A DNA stretch of 64,000 nt from assembly GCA_964016885.1 (NCBI GenBank), contig OZ024740.1, positions 213,342,001 to 213,406,000 on the forward strand. Reading direction: 5' to 3'. The notes under the pieces are model-generated. The model did no database searches and was not told the DNA's origin. It saw nothing but the letters and a program-made list of their open reading frames with translations. The position numbers and the translations under genes were made by a program. Positions 36,501 to 50,400 of the stretch are shown piece after piece (the stretch's first letter is position 1; the number at the start of each line of letters is the position of its first letter). The DNA comes from Eledone cirrhosa (Eukaryota).

Positions 36501-39500
36501 ACCAATATATTCTTATTCCTTTCTTTACAGTTACATACCAACCAATATATTCTTATTCCTTTCTTTACAGTTACATACCAACCAACTCGTGGGTTCAAAA
36601 CACATCGTAGTGTTGGTAAAACAGGTCTTGGTAAAGGAAACTTAGGAGCCTCATCTCTAGATGACCTCCGACGATCAGTAAGATTCTTGAACTTTTTATT
36701 TTCTTTCAGTGTGTTACACAGTTGTTCAGGCTGTCTTGGGAGTTTTCCATTTGTAATTGTATGGAAAAGTGAGATTCTCTTTGTAATAAATTGATTGAAT
36801 CACACTAGCTTGGGAGGCATCACAAATGGATGAGATGATGAGGATGATGATGACGATCAGTACTGATCGTCATCATCATCACATCTGTTTTTCCACACTT
36901 GCATGGGTTGGACAGGTCCTTTTCAGTAAAGTATCTCTCCACTCCATGCGTTTCTTCATCTTCTCCTCAGTGATTTGAGGTCAGCTCTCAACACTACTGC
37001 CTAGCTCTTTCTTGGTCTACCTCTTGTGTGACTCCCTATCACTGGCATTTCATGACACTTCTTCACCCTATGTCAACTATTTTACATAGTGTGTTAGGGG
37101 CTTTTATCATAACACCTGCACTACCACTTTCCCAAGTGTACTGCATGTATTTTTAACATCACCACTATACAATGTACTAGCTAGTTCGTGAATAAAAAGA
37201 AGCAGCTAAATTTAATTTGTTAATTTTAAATTTTAAACACCAAAATGAAAACATACTAAGTCACTAGAATTGAAATATCTTTCTTTAGTATCTTTATACA
37301 ATAATCATAACTGGAAGTTGCTAACATAAAAAATATATATGAGGAATGGTTTTGGGAGTAATGTTACTCGATAGAGTGCATAGCTCGGAGATCAGAGAGT
37401 CACTCCAGGTAGAGCTGCTACTTCTCCGAATTGAGAGATCACCGCTCCGATACTATATGCATGTGGTTAGAATGTCTCGGGAAAGAATTGCTGGACATAT
37501 GTTCTGGGCAAAACCAACCGACAGGAGACCCAGGGGTAGACCCAAGATGGTTGGATAATATCCACGAGCTTGGTTGATCTTGCTTGGTGATCTAACCGGA
37601 TCAGTTGCTTCTGACAGGACCCACTGGAAGGAGAGTTTGAGGACTCTGCCTCCACGACCCTGACATGAATAAGTGGGCAAAGAAGAAGAATTTTAAATTT
37701 CAAAATAAATCATCATCATTCGTCGACTACTGTCGAGATGATGGATCTCACTCTCATGCCCCAGAATTCCCTGTCCCCCATCGCTGCCCCCAGGTCCTGT
37801 CTACTGATTCCCGTATCCCTAGAGATAACATCAGGGAGTGACAGCTTCCTACTCCTAGTCAGGCTGGAGTCAGGGTTCCAGAGCAAGAGAGCGGATATGA
37901 TTTCATTGCTGGCACGGTGACAGTGGCCAGCAAATTGAGCTCTCCGGGATTTTAGAAGGGCAGAGGCTCGAGGGAGTTTGCCATAGATTTTAGACAAGGT
38001 GGGATGTCGTTTCCAGGATAGGTTTTGCACTCTCATTAAGAGGCGGGTATATGTGCCATCCAATCTCCTCTCAAGTTGTGATGTTAGTGTCCAAGTTTCG
38101 GATCCATAAAGTAATATGGGCTTAATGGTTGCTTGGAATACAAAATAATACAAAATAAATACTAGCTCATGTGTATTGGTATCCCCATGGAAAGAGGTGA
38201 AGAGGACATCCCAACTAGTGGCAGACTATCGACAGGGACCTGAAACTTGTCGACAAAAGCTGGAATGATATTTTGATAGATGTAACAACTACTCATGGTT
38301 ATTGGTCAAGTTTGGTTGCCTCATGTGTCTTAAGATGCAGGAGCTTCTAAGTCTAAGTAATATGTTGATGTATTTAAAATGTCCATATGAAGTATTTACT
38401 GTATATACTCGAATATGCGCTGACCCCACTATTTTATGTCTGAGAAATAGGCAAAAATCCAAACCTTATTTACGTAGAATTTGAAGTTAGGGAAAATTGT
38501 TGAAATATTGATCCTGAATATAGGCCGATCCCACCCACCCCTTCTACTATCTATTTTTTGGTCACACATTCCTCGGTTTATATTTCAGTATATAGAGTAA
38601 TTATTACAGTATCTTTATATGGTAATTATAGCCATTAAAACAATAACTTCATTTATTGCAGGTTTATGAAAGACTTTTTCCAGAATCAGTTAAGTCTGCC
38701 AAAAAAACTGAACGCTTTAAATCTATTGTTGATGACTTTGATTCCAACCCAGAATTCCAAGAGAAGCTTAAAGTTGCTTTTGCAGAAGGTTATACTGCCC
38801 GAGAGAGGCGAGAACCAGATATGAAGAGTACTCTGATGAATCGTATCTTCCGTGTTTTTTTCTATTTGTTTCTTTTATGGGTGATACTTCAAGTTATTCA
38901 AGTTCTTGGAAGTGTTGGTGGAGGTTAGTCTATGGAGAGTGTTTTTTTTCTTTTTTTGTTGGTTGTTTTTTATATGCTTTCTTTAAAAATTGATGAAAGG
39001 ATAAACAAAGAAGAATTTTGTTTCTTTTATGGGTCATCATCATCATCATGTCTGTTTTTCCATGCTTGCATGGGTTCGATGGGTCCTTCTCAGATGGCAT
39101 CTCTCCACTTGTCACATTCCTTTGTCATCTCCTCTGTGAGATCAGCTCTCATATGCATATGTCATCTAAAGTCTGTCTCGAGCCCAGAGCTTCATCAGGC
39201 TGGTGCTTATCCCAGTTTCCATGGCGTTAAGTGACTGAGAGTACAATACTCCCCCCTGGACAGGACACCAGTTGCCATCACAGGGTTAAACCCCCAGTTA
39301 TTACTGATACTCAGTTTCTGCTGAGTATACTGGAGCAACATGAAATGAAGTGTCTGGCTCAAGAACACAACACTGAACCCAATCCAGGAATCAAACCCAT
39401 GACATTATGATTGTAAGTCCAACAGCCTTACCACTAGACCAAGTGCCTCCACATGGGTGTGTCACAGATATGTTTTAAACAAATTATACCTAACAGAAAC

Positions 39501-41399
39501 ACTTTATGGCATTTTGGTGACCTTCATTTTGTGTTTTCTTTAATATTTAAAGAAAGTCTTTGGTAAATAATTCTAGTTACAATAAACCAATTTCCATGAT
39601 AGAGGTTTTAGGAAATCTGACAGAGAAGCAGTGTCTGGGAGAAATCAGTAAAAAAAACCCATACTTTTGCCTCAGGGACTGTTGTTTCCTTTCTCTTTTT
39701 ATCAAACTTTACACACCCACTATTAGACTTAAATCACTCCCAATACACTCTGCAGTGTTGTAACATTGTATGTCTTTGTCAATTGTGTTAGTACCATTAG
39801 ACAACGGTCACAGCTCACTGGATCTAATCATTATAATAAAACACAAGGGTTATATGTCAGACATTTTGTGCTAACTTTGACAGGGAAATGGTTATTTGAT
39901 ATTTTCTTCCCTATCAACTGCCTATCTTTGTGTCTGTCTATTTATCTCTGTCTCAGTGGAGACTCCACCCCGTCATTCTATAGAGGGTTGGTCCGCAGCA
40001 GGTGCGACGACACTCTCGGGAAACTCTAGGCGTAGAGGAAGACGAACTGGCCAGTCTGTTCGGTAGGACATTCCGCCCGGGACCGATGGACAACTTCCAA
40101 AAGTCCCTGGCCTGGCAGTGTTACCGAGGAGCTCTACCCGTTCAAGACAAGTTCTACAGACACGGACGCCCGGACAGGGATCCCTCGGAAAAGATCTGTC
40201 CGAGATGCGTGCGAGACGAGGAAACCATCGCGCACGCATTCGTACACTGCCCGGATGTTACCGACCTGTGGAGCTACGCAGAACGGCTACTGTCGCGGGT
40301 GAGACAAATCCAGTTGACCACCGAGTCCATCATCACGATCAAACCACCACCCTCCTTCAAAAACGAAGGAGAGGCGGTTTTCCTCTGTGTAATGGCTATG
40401 GTGAAAGAGGTTAAAAGGGCTGAGGTCAGACACCTTTCTCTCCGGCGAGCAACTGATTCGTGTTTTCAAATATCATTTTGGAAGAGGTGCTGTACCCCAG
40501 CAAATTTTATAAAAGGTGGGTGAATGTGGCAAAGATGGCCCGAGTGGTTGGGCCTTCTCTCTATATAAGCCTGTAGGTTGAGGAAAAAGAGGAAGGGAGT
40601 ACTCACTCTTGGTGCTCCTGGAGATGAGGGTTGTACATTTTTTCGGAGTGTGTACAACCCCTGAGTAACACCTCCCCCCTATTGGGGATTTCAATTGTTA
40701 TTTGTTATTGTATTAATAGTTTTATTTTCATATACCTGTATGTAAACTCCCCATTTGTATTTCTCCCCTTCTTTTGTGCCCTTGTGGCTAATAAAGAAAT
40801 TTATCTATCTATTTACCTACATATCTATCTATCTATCTGTCCAGTTATCTATTTACCTACATATCTGTCAATCTATCTACTTATCTACCCACCTCTCTGT
40901 CTAACAGATACGTTTATCTTTGGACAACAACAAACCACAAATCCCAGATAGAACAGTCATTGCAATTAAGTGAATATATATCGATAATTATGGAAGAAAA
41001 TAATAGTAGTTGATGTAAATGAAACAAGACAATGGTCGTAGTGGACAGTGGTCATAGTGGACAATGGTCATAGTGACCAGAGGATGCAAGCAACGTTACA
41101 TAGAATGTTGTAATCAAGGAGAATTATTATATTAAATATTTACTGTAAGCTCTGTCATTTTTGATGAGTGCTATGTTAGTATTATAATATACTATGAAAG
41201 CATGAACGTAGGAGGAGACATGCACCCAACCCTTGCAAGCAGGAAAGAGCAGACGTAAAATGATGATAATGATAATCATGATCATCATCGTTTACCGTCC
41301 ATCTTCCACGCTAGCATGGGTTAGACGGTATATAGATGATATATATGAATATGCACATAATTGCTGGTGTTGATGTTTTTAGGTTGTGTAGGAGTGTGG

Positions 41400-41440
<41 letters not shown>

Positions 41441-44400
41441 AAATGAGAGTAAGGGATACTCTCGGGTCCCAAATAATAGGGTGTGTGTGGAATAAGCAGG
41501 GGTGGGGGTGGAAGATCGGTAATTTTTCTAGGTTGTCACTGTTGATTTTTTAAAAACCAGAGTTAGTTGTTTAGTTTACATATTGAGACCATTATTCTAG
41601 GGTAGAATGTATAATTTATATACTATTGCGAGGAATTCTATGCAGTAGTTTATTTTATTTCTATTAAAGAAATTATCTAAAAAATTTGTAGTAATTTATT
41701 TTGTTTCTGTTAACAGAGAAATTATTTTGAAAATCTTTTCCAATATTTCCATATGTTAAGCAGGTATCCGTGGTTTTGGTGTTCTCAATAGGGATCAATA
41801 TGAAGTCAATCCAGAAGATATTACTGTGACATTCGATGATGTCAAAGGTGTAAGTATATTCCTAAACTGGTTTCAGCCAGTAGGCTGCAACACTACTCTG
41901 ATAATTCAAATTATTCTAAAGGTAGATCATCTAATAATTAAAAAATATATATAAACTATTTGTTTTCTTTCATTAGAATTTAATTTTTAAAAACTCAGAA
42001 TAATACTAACGATGATGAAAGTATTAAATAAAAAAGTCAGTTTAATATTTTCTTCAGTCATGTCAAAGACATAAGGACTTTCCTGATGTTGGTGATCTAC
42101 ATGATAAACACATCCAGTACACACTATAAAGTGGTTGGTGATAGGAGGGTATCCAGATATCAAAAGGTTGGGAGGATTCTCGGTTGTGTCAAAGACATGA
42201 CAACCTCTTCTGTGCACTTAGTAGAATGTGAAACCGTACTTAAATGAGATGCCGATCCCTGGCCCGTCAGGAAGTTCAGTAGCCCCGCTTTAGTGCTGAC
42301 TTGGTCTATGTAGACCTGTCCAACTCTTGCCAGCAGGGAATGATGATGATAATCAGTGAACACTGTTTATCTGTTATTTTTTGTCAATATTAACCCTGTC
42401 ATTGCCATATTTCTAATGAAGATCTGTTGAATTTTTTAATTCATTTTGAAAATAATCAAGAATTTGGAGGGATTTAGTTATGTAATTAAACCTCTCATTA
42501 TTAAGTTGGTGTTTGGAACATAACAAATGATTTTGCATATAATTATGATGGGAGGTTTTTAGATAAATATGATATGGCATGGAAATGTAACTCCTGATGG
42601 AGTTGTAGGGGTGTCATATTGACATGGCATTTCGAGAGCATTTTTAAACCTGGCAGAGTTCTTCTCTCCAGGTCTGAATACAGTAGATTTCTTCCAGAGA
42701 AGGATAGAGAGAATGAGAACGAGATATAGAGGAAGAATCAACCCCAATACTAGACTGGTACTTTTAGATAAATATAAACACTTTAAAATAAATAGTTTAG
42801 CGTTATAGAACTAGGAGCAGTTTTGAATCAGTTTGATATGAAAAGAGTTAGAAGTAGAGACAAAAGCTGTAGTGAACATTGGATGAAATGTTTTGTTGTA
42901 CTTATATCCTTATTTCAAGTCCTACCAGGGTTGGTAAAATTAAGCAATCATCAATGTACTCTTTGGTAGCTGTCAGCTAATATTTTTTTTTAAATTAAAA
43001 ATCACCAAATCTGCTTTGCTAATTATCTCTATTATAATAATATTATATTATCTCTATTAATTTGTATTATAATGATGTCGTTATATTTTAGGTTGATGAA
43101 GCTAAACAAGAGCTGAAAGATATTGTTGAGTATTTAAAAAATCCAGAAAAGTTTACGGCTCTTGGAGCTAAGCTACCTAAAGGTAAATTATTTAAATAGT
43201 ATAATTGTTTTAATAAGAAAACATTTATTTTCTAATCTGGTCTAGATACAAGGGTTGACTGTAAAGTTCATAGGCTGACCAAGATATTCTCATGGAATGA
43301 CCAAATGAGCTTTATTTTTCAAAATAGTCCTTGGAAAGAAACAATGCAGTTATTAATAAGAAGAGTTGAAATTAATACATGCAAGATTTCACTGCTCTAG
43401 CATCATTCCTTCATAGTCAGTCTAGGAACTCTTCAGCCGACTCTTGTACATTGTCTATAATTTATAACCAATATGCTAAATCTAGAGTTAGTCCTCAGAT
43501 GAATAAAATATCTGTTTAATTGTAGGAGTTTTACTTGTTGGACCTCCTGGTATTGGAAAAACTCTATTGGCTCGTGCTGTTGCTGGTAAGTTATGAAAAA
43601 GTATTTATCAAATTATTATATTATTTAACATTTAAATCAGCTGTATCCAGCCAGAATTCTTTCCCTTTTTTGAAATCGGTCATAACCAACAGCTCACACT
43701 GACGTTAAGATATAGTTCTTAAAATAAACAATAACATCATCAAAATCTTGTAGACTCGAGATTATGTGAGATAAAGCTTTTACTGTGAAAATACAATAGT
43801 AAATATAGAGTAATATAAATGCTAAAGGGTTAAACTGTTATGAGTTTCTAAATTGCCCTCTGTCTCCGAGTTCATCTCGCCGTAACTATAAATTCGCTAA
43901 CTACTAGGTTATGTTGAGAGATTCATTCCTCACCAGGGACGGACTTTGTGTTTAGAACCATCACTCTATCTTGTCTACTGGTGGGGATAAAATCTATTTG
44001 GCTAGCATGTTCACCTGTAGATGAAGTGGTTGTCTGGTTTTTGTTATAAACATAAATATGATTGCATTGCCTAGATAGTTTCAATTTGTTTTGTTACTAA
44101 TTAAGCTTACTTCATTAAAAACAGTTATTAACTGTTACTGTTTTAGTCCCTGTTATATATTGGAACACTACCTTTAAGTGTTTTAGTAGATGTTTTTGCC
44201 TAGTACTTATTTTATTAATCTCATAAACGCTGATGATCGCTGGGTGAAGAAGTGTCAGGAAATCCCAGTGGTAGGAAGCTGCAGTAGAGTTAGAGCAAGG
44301 AAGACCTGGACAGATCAGGTGGTGAGAACCGATCTCAAATTGCTAAAACTCACAGAGGAGCTGACAGGAATACAGCTAGTAGAGAGGCGCTGTGCTGAAA

Positions 44401-47400
44401 GGGACCTGTCCAATCCGTGCAAATGTGAAAGAACGGACGTAAAAACGATGATGATAGATGTAAAAGGCAATTCAACATTGTCATATTTATAATATATCCC
44501 GACGTACCTCCTCCACCGCAGCCTCCGTTCCATACTGTAAAGTGGTAATGTAGGAGTCACGATAAAAAGCACCCAGCCCACACTAATTGTGGTCATGTAG
44601 GTGTCCCGATAAAAAACACCCAGTACACACTGTAAAGTGGTCATGTAGGTGACACGACAAAAAGCACCCAGTACACTGTAAAGTGGTCATGTAGGTGACA
44701 TGGCAAAAAGCACCCAGTACACACTGTAAAGTGGTCATGTGGGTGACATAGCAAAATGCACCTGGTATACACTGTAAAGTGGTCGTGTGGGTGACACGAC
44801 AAAAAGCACCCAGTACACACTGTAAAGTGGTCGTGTGGGTGACACGACAAAAAGCACCCAATACACACTGTAAAGTGGTTGTGTGGGTGACATGGCAAAA
44901 TGCACCCGTATACACTATAAAGTGGTCGTGTGGGTGACATGACGAAAAGCACCTGGTACACACAGTAAATGTGGTTTGCGTTAGGAAGGGCATCCACCTG
45001 AAACCAAACCAGAAACAGTTCTGTATTAGCAAAAAAGTCATTTGACCTGGCTTGTCTCACAATGAGGTAACTCATCTAACTCATGCTAGCATGGAATAGT
45101 GGATGTTAAACGGTGATGATGATGTTTATTTTTCAATCCAAAATTGCAAATTGTAATTATTTCATGTCTAAATATTCAGCTTTGATTGTTGGGCGTTTTA
45201 GACATTTTTTTTAGTTCATTTTAAAGATATTTATTTTACATTTCTGATTTAGTCTACAGTATATTTCCATTATTCTCAACAATATATTCTTACTGTTTTA
45301 ATTACTTTCAATTATATTTTTAGGAGAAGCTGGTGTCCCTTTTTTCCATGCATCTGGATCAGAGTTTGATGAAATCTTTGTTGGAACTGGTGCCAAGAGA
45401 GTTCGGCAATTATTTTGTATGTTATTTTGTTATTTTCTGTTCTTTGTTTGATATAACAATATTCTTTAAACTTACATAATTTTATTGAGGAATGTAATAT
45501 CACTGTCAATTCCTTTTTTTTGCTCAAACTACTTGTCAACTTGGCTCTATACATGATGATGTCTCTGGGATCACTGACCTAGGCTGACTCTAATCTCTGG
45601 GATCACTGACTTAGGATGACTCTAGTCTCTGGGATCACTGACTTAGGATGACTCTAGTCTCTGGGATCACTGACTTAGGATGACTCTAGTCTCTGGGATC
45701 ACTGACTTAGGATGACTCTAGTCTCTGGGATCACTGACCTAGGATGACTCTAGTCTCTGGGATCACTGACCTAGGATGATTCCAGCCTCTGGGATCACTG
45801 ACCTAAGATGACTCCAGTTTCATCAAGCAAGCACAAGACGGACACTTATCAACTACTGCTTCTGCTTATTTTACACAGTTGAATAATCCATTTGAAAAAA
45901 TAATTACTCTAGGAAATACACTGTCTCAGCCATATTTTGTATGGTCCTGTAATTCCCGATGGAGTCATAGGGGAGCCGTAGTGGCATACAGCGTTTCTAG
46001 GGCATTTTAAAGCTTGGTGAAGCCCATTGCTCTCCAGCTCTGAACACAGCAGATTTCTTCCAGAGAAGGATAGAGGAAGAATTAACCCCAGTATTAGACT
46101 GGTACTTTTTTTATCAACTTCAAAAGGATGAAAGGCAAAGTTGACCTCAACAGGATTTGAACTCAGAGAACGAATTCTGCAAAGCATTTTATCTGATGTT
46201 CTAACAACTCTACCAATTCGTTGCCATATCTCACTCATGTAGAATAATCTTTAAAAAGTTAATATGCTCTCAGTTTACATATACAAACTGGTTGTACTTC
46301 ATCTACGTACAGTTTCACTTATATTTGCACCGTTTTGTATATGATTTGTTTATGTATTGGTACTTAATGTGGAATTATTTAACATATACTCTGTGACAGA
46401 TTTGTGACATACATTTCAGTCTAAATAATTTTTTATATTAATATTCATGATAATCATATCACCTATAATATTGATCAATCAAATATATACTTATCATTCT
46501 ATTTAAGTTCTTTATTTATCACAGGCAGTTGTTATTGATATATCAATATAATTTATATGAAGTATTGTGAGGAATGTAATTAGGGTTGTTTTGGAAAAAC
46601 CAGTACAGTACAAATTAGAAGACTAGAGTTGAGTAAAGTGAGAAAAGCAAAACAAAACAACAGTTTACACTTAAATATTTCAAGGTTAGGACCCCTTTTT
46701 TCAAAAGAAAGAAATGAAGTGTGGTGTATTTCTAATTTGTATTGGACGGGCTTTTCAGAAACAATCAAAACTGACATACTGTCATTTTGGTTTGACCTCA
46801 CCATTTACAGTTGTGAGAAATGATATCAGCTATAAATTGTGAGCAGTCAACAAATGAAAATCACATACATTGCTTCAGGTACTGGCTGATTCAAAAATGG
46901 TATTAACCCTTTAGCATTTATCCAGCCAGAATTCTCTCATCTCTTTCTGTTCAAACCAGTCGTAACTGGCTGCTCATACTGATATTAACATATTCTCAAA
47001 ATAAATATCAAAATCTCGTAGATTCAATATTATGTGAGATAAAGCCTTTTCTATGAAAATACAATAGTAAATATAGAGTAATGTTAATGCTAAGGAGTTA
47101 AATGGTAAAAAGCTACTGAGTTAACTAGCTAATATAACTATACTTCATCAAAATAATCATTCTTTTGTATTTTCAAATAACTAAATTACCTTTATGAAAG
47201 TGGTTAATGATAGGAAGGGTGTCCAGCCATAAAAATCTTACCAAACAAAAAGTTGGGAGGACCCTCAGTTGTGTCAAAGACATGACAATTTCTGTGTAAA
47301 AATGATAATAAAACCTAGTTAAATGTAAACTGTTTTTTCTTTCTTTCTTTTAGCTGCTGGTAAAGTGCGGGCTCCTTGTGTTATATTTATTGATGAAATT

Positions 47401-50400
47401 GATACAGTTGGGGCCAAACGAACAAGTTCTCAAATCCATCCTTATGCTAACCAAACAATAAATCAACTTCTTTCTGAAATGGATGGGTGAGTATAATGTG
47501 TTAGTTACGTGGCCTATTGGTTAACTGTTTAACTTATGATTATAAAGTTGTCGGTTCGATTCCTGGACAATGTGGTGAGTTATTTTTAAGTGAGACAATT
47601 CATTTCATATTGCTTTTCATGAAAGGTATGGGGCTCTTCTTTTAAAACCCTCAAGAAACATCCTTTGAGATGAAACCTCGAGGAGGTCACCTCAACTTGA
47701 ATAGGTGTCAGTGGTAAATTTTATTTTATTTTTTTCAAAATGAATGCCAAGTAAATTATTTTGGGGTTTTACTCTCTTGAAGACTGTGTATTGGAACTAA
47801 AACAGTTATATCTTGGCAGCATCCTGTGAAATTAGCTGGCAAGTGGCTGAGCATTCCATGCACATATGTACCCTTAACACAATATTCAGGGTAATAAAAC
47901 ATGACATAGTTTGTGACAAGGCTGAATTTTTAAATTATTGAATTACAGGTACAACTCATTTTCACCAGCAACATGAAATAAAGTGTCTTGCTCAAGGATA
48001 CTATGCACTACTGGGAATCAAACTCACAACCTGGTAATCATGAGCTAAATACATTTACCACTAATCCATACAAGTTCACCGTTCAGTAACTAAACAAGAA
48101 CACTTCCAACTATTTCAATTGATTAAAATCTGCAGATGAAACACTAAAATAGGATTTGACACAATTTTAATTATTTTTCTGAAATCTTTAGTTATACTTT
48201 AATGGTTTCCCTTCACATCACTTACTTTTATATTTAGATGTAATATAATACTTTATAGTGTTTTATCAAAAGGCTACCAGAAGGCAAATGGGATATTAAT
48301 GGTTAAAAATGTAATAATAACAAAGATGTTAGGATGTTACCATAGTGTTGTTTAATGGTCCTTACATGTTTCAGGATATAATTCCCTCATCAAAAGAATA
48401 ATTGAGTAAACTACTTTGGCGTAGGATATAGTCACTCATAAGTTAGGCTCTGAAATAGTTTACTACATTATTCTTTTGATAAAGGGATTTTATCCTGAAA
48501 TACATAAGGACCGTTAAACAACTTCAATATTTTTGTTATCATCATATTTTTAACAATTAATGCCCCATTTACTTTGTGATAGAATTTTGATAAAACACTA
48601 TTTTCTACACTTTATACAATAAATACTTCAAGCAAACAACATCACCACTCTTAATTTATTACATATTTTCCAAAATCAAAACCACTTATTATGGCTGCTC
48701 TGAGTCAGACAACCATGCTACACACCTGTGTTCTACGAAAATATTGCTGTAAAACTTTCAATTTTTAAGAGTCTCTCATAGTTATTTGCTTATACTTTTA
48801 CAGGTTTCACCAAAATGAAGGTGTCATTGTTCTTGGTGCCACCAACAGAAGAGATAATCTAGACAAGTGAGTATTGAAACATTGCCCACCTCCACTTTTT
48901 ATTTTCAATATTTAAAAAATATTAACTCTTTTGACACCAAAATCCTCAGAAACTGCCCTCGATTCTACAATACAAAACTGTTTGTTTTAAAGTGTTTATC
49001 TAGAAACCTTCGATCATAATTGTATGCACTCAGTACACTCTGTAAAGTAGCTATCATTGGGAAGAGCTTCTAGCGATAGATGCCATAATTGGCTTATAAC
49101 TCATGCTAACGTAGAAAATGGACGTTAAACAATGATGATGATGATGATGACACAGTCATGTATCTTGCCTTGGCTAGAACTGACTCGGATCATACCAACC
49201 TATCCAACCCATAACATCATGGAAAGCAGGTGTAAAATGATGGTAACAATGGTCCCGTAACTCCCAGGGGAGTTGTAGGGGTGCGGTATTGATATACGGC
49301 ATTTCTTGGGAATTTTAAAACCTGGCAGAGCCTATCTCCTCTCCAGGTCTGAATACAGCAGATTTCTTCCAGAGAAGGATAGAAAGAATGAGAGAATTGA
49401 AGTGTGAAAGAAATATAGAAGAAGAATCAACCCTAGTACTAGACTGGTACTTATTTTATCAACCTTGAAACGGTGAAAGGCAAAGTTGACCGTGGCAGGA
49501 TTTGAACGCAGAGAGCAGAGAGACAGGATGAAAACCACAAATCATTATATCTGATGATCTAACGACTCTGCCAATTCGCCACCTTCATTAGTTGATAAAA
49601 TCAGACATTAGAAATTATTGTTAATTGCTTAACCCGTTACCATATTTCTGATAAAATTCACTGTATTTGAATTAATCAATGACAAATTTGGAGGGATTTA
49701 CTAAAATTAATTCAAGTTTTATTTTTAATTTAGGCACAAGGAAATTTATAGGAGGGGGAAAGTTGATTATATCAACCCTAGTACTTGACTGGTATTTTAT
49801 TTTATTGACCCTGTAAAGATGAAAGGCACAGTTGGCCTCGGCATTATTTGAACTTAGAATGTAGAAAGTCATAATTAGATACTGCAAAGTGTTTTATCTG
49901 ATTCTCTAATGACTCTGCCAATCTGCCATCAATTATTTCAATTATTAAGATGCTATTTGTAACATAAAAGGTTTTTATATAAAATTATGTTGTAAGACTT
50001 CAATATAAACAGGAACCTTCTAAATAGGATGGTTTTATTCCATAGAACCAGTGGTTGTGTATCTTATGTATTTGACATAATCGGGAGATCCCTTCAGTTG
50101 TGTGAAGGACATGACAGCCTCCCTAGTGTTTGGTGATTTACACATGACATAATCGAGAGATCCCTTCAGTTGTATCAAGGACATGACAGCCTCCCTAGTG
50201 TTAGGTGGCTTACATGATAAACACATCCAGTACACACTGTAAAGTGTTGGTGATTGGAAGGGCATCCAGCCATAGAAAACTTGCAAAACAGTTGTGTCAA
50301 AGACATGACAACCTATCCAGTGCTGGAGCCACAATAAAATGCACTTAGAGTATGGAAGTAAAATACGAACCCCTGCCCTGTCTGGGAGGTTAGTAGCCCC

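Noticed and set aside
34619-36794. Long Pro-rich and Val/Met-rich ORFs (up to 386 aa)
   Set aside because: Translations of the CCA-rich minisatellite in intron 4; only 36571-36677 is a real exon
39920-40910. Tx1 target specificity for (ATCT)n
   Set aside because: The related copy at 6880-8440 has different flanks, so specificity is unsupported here
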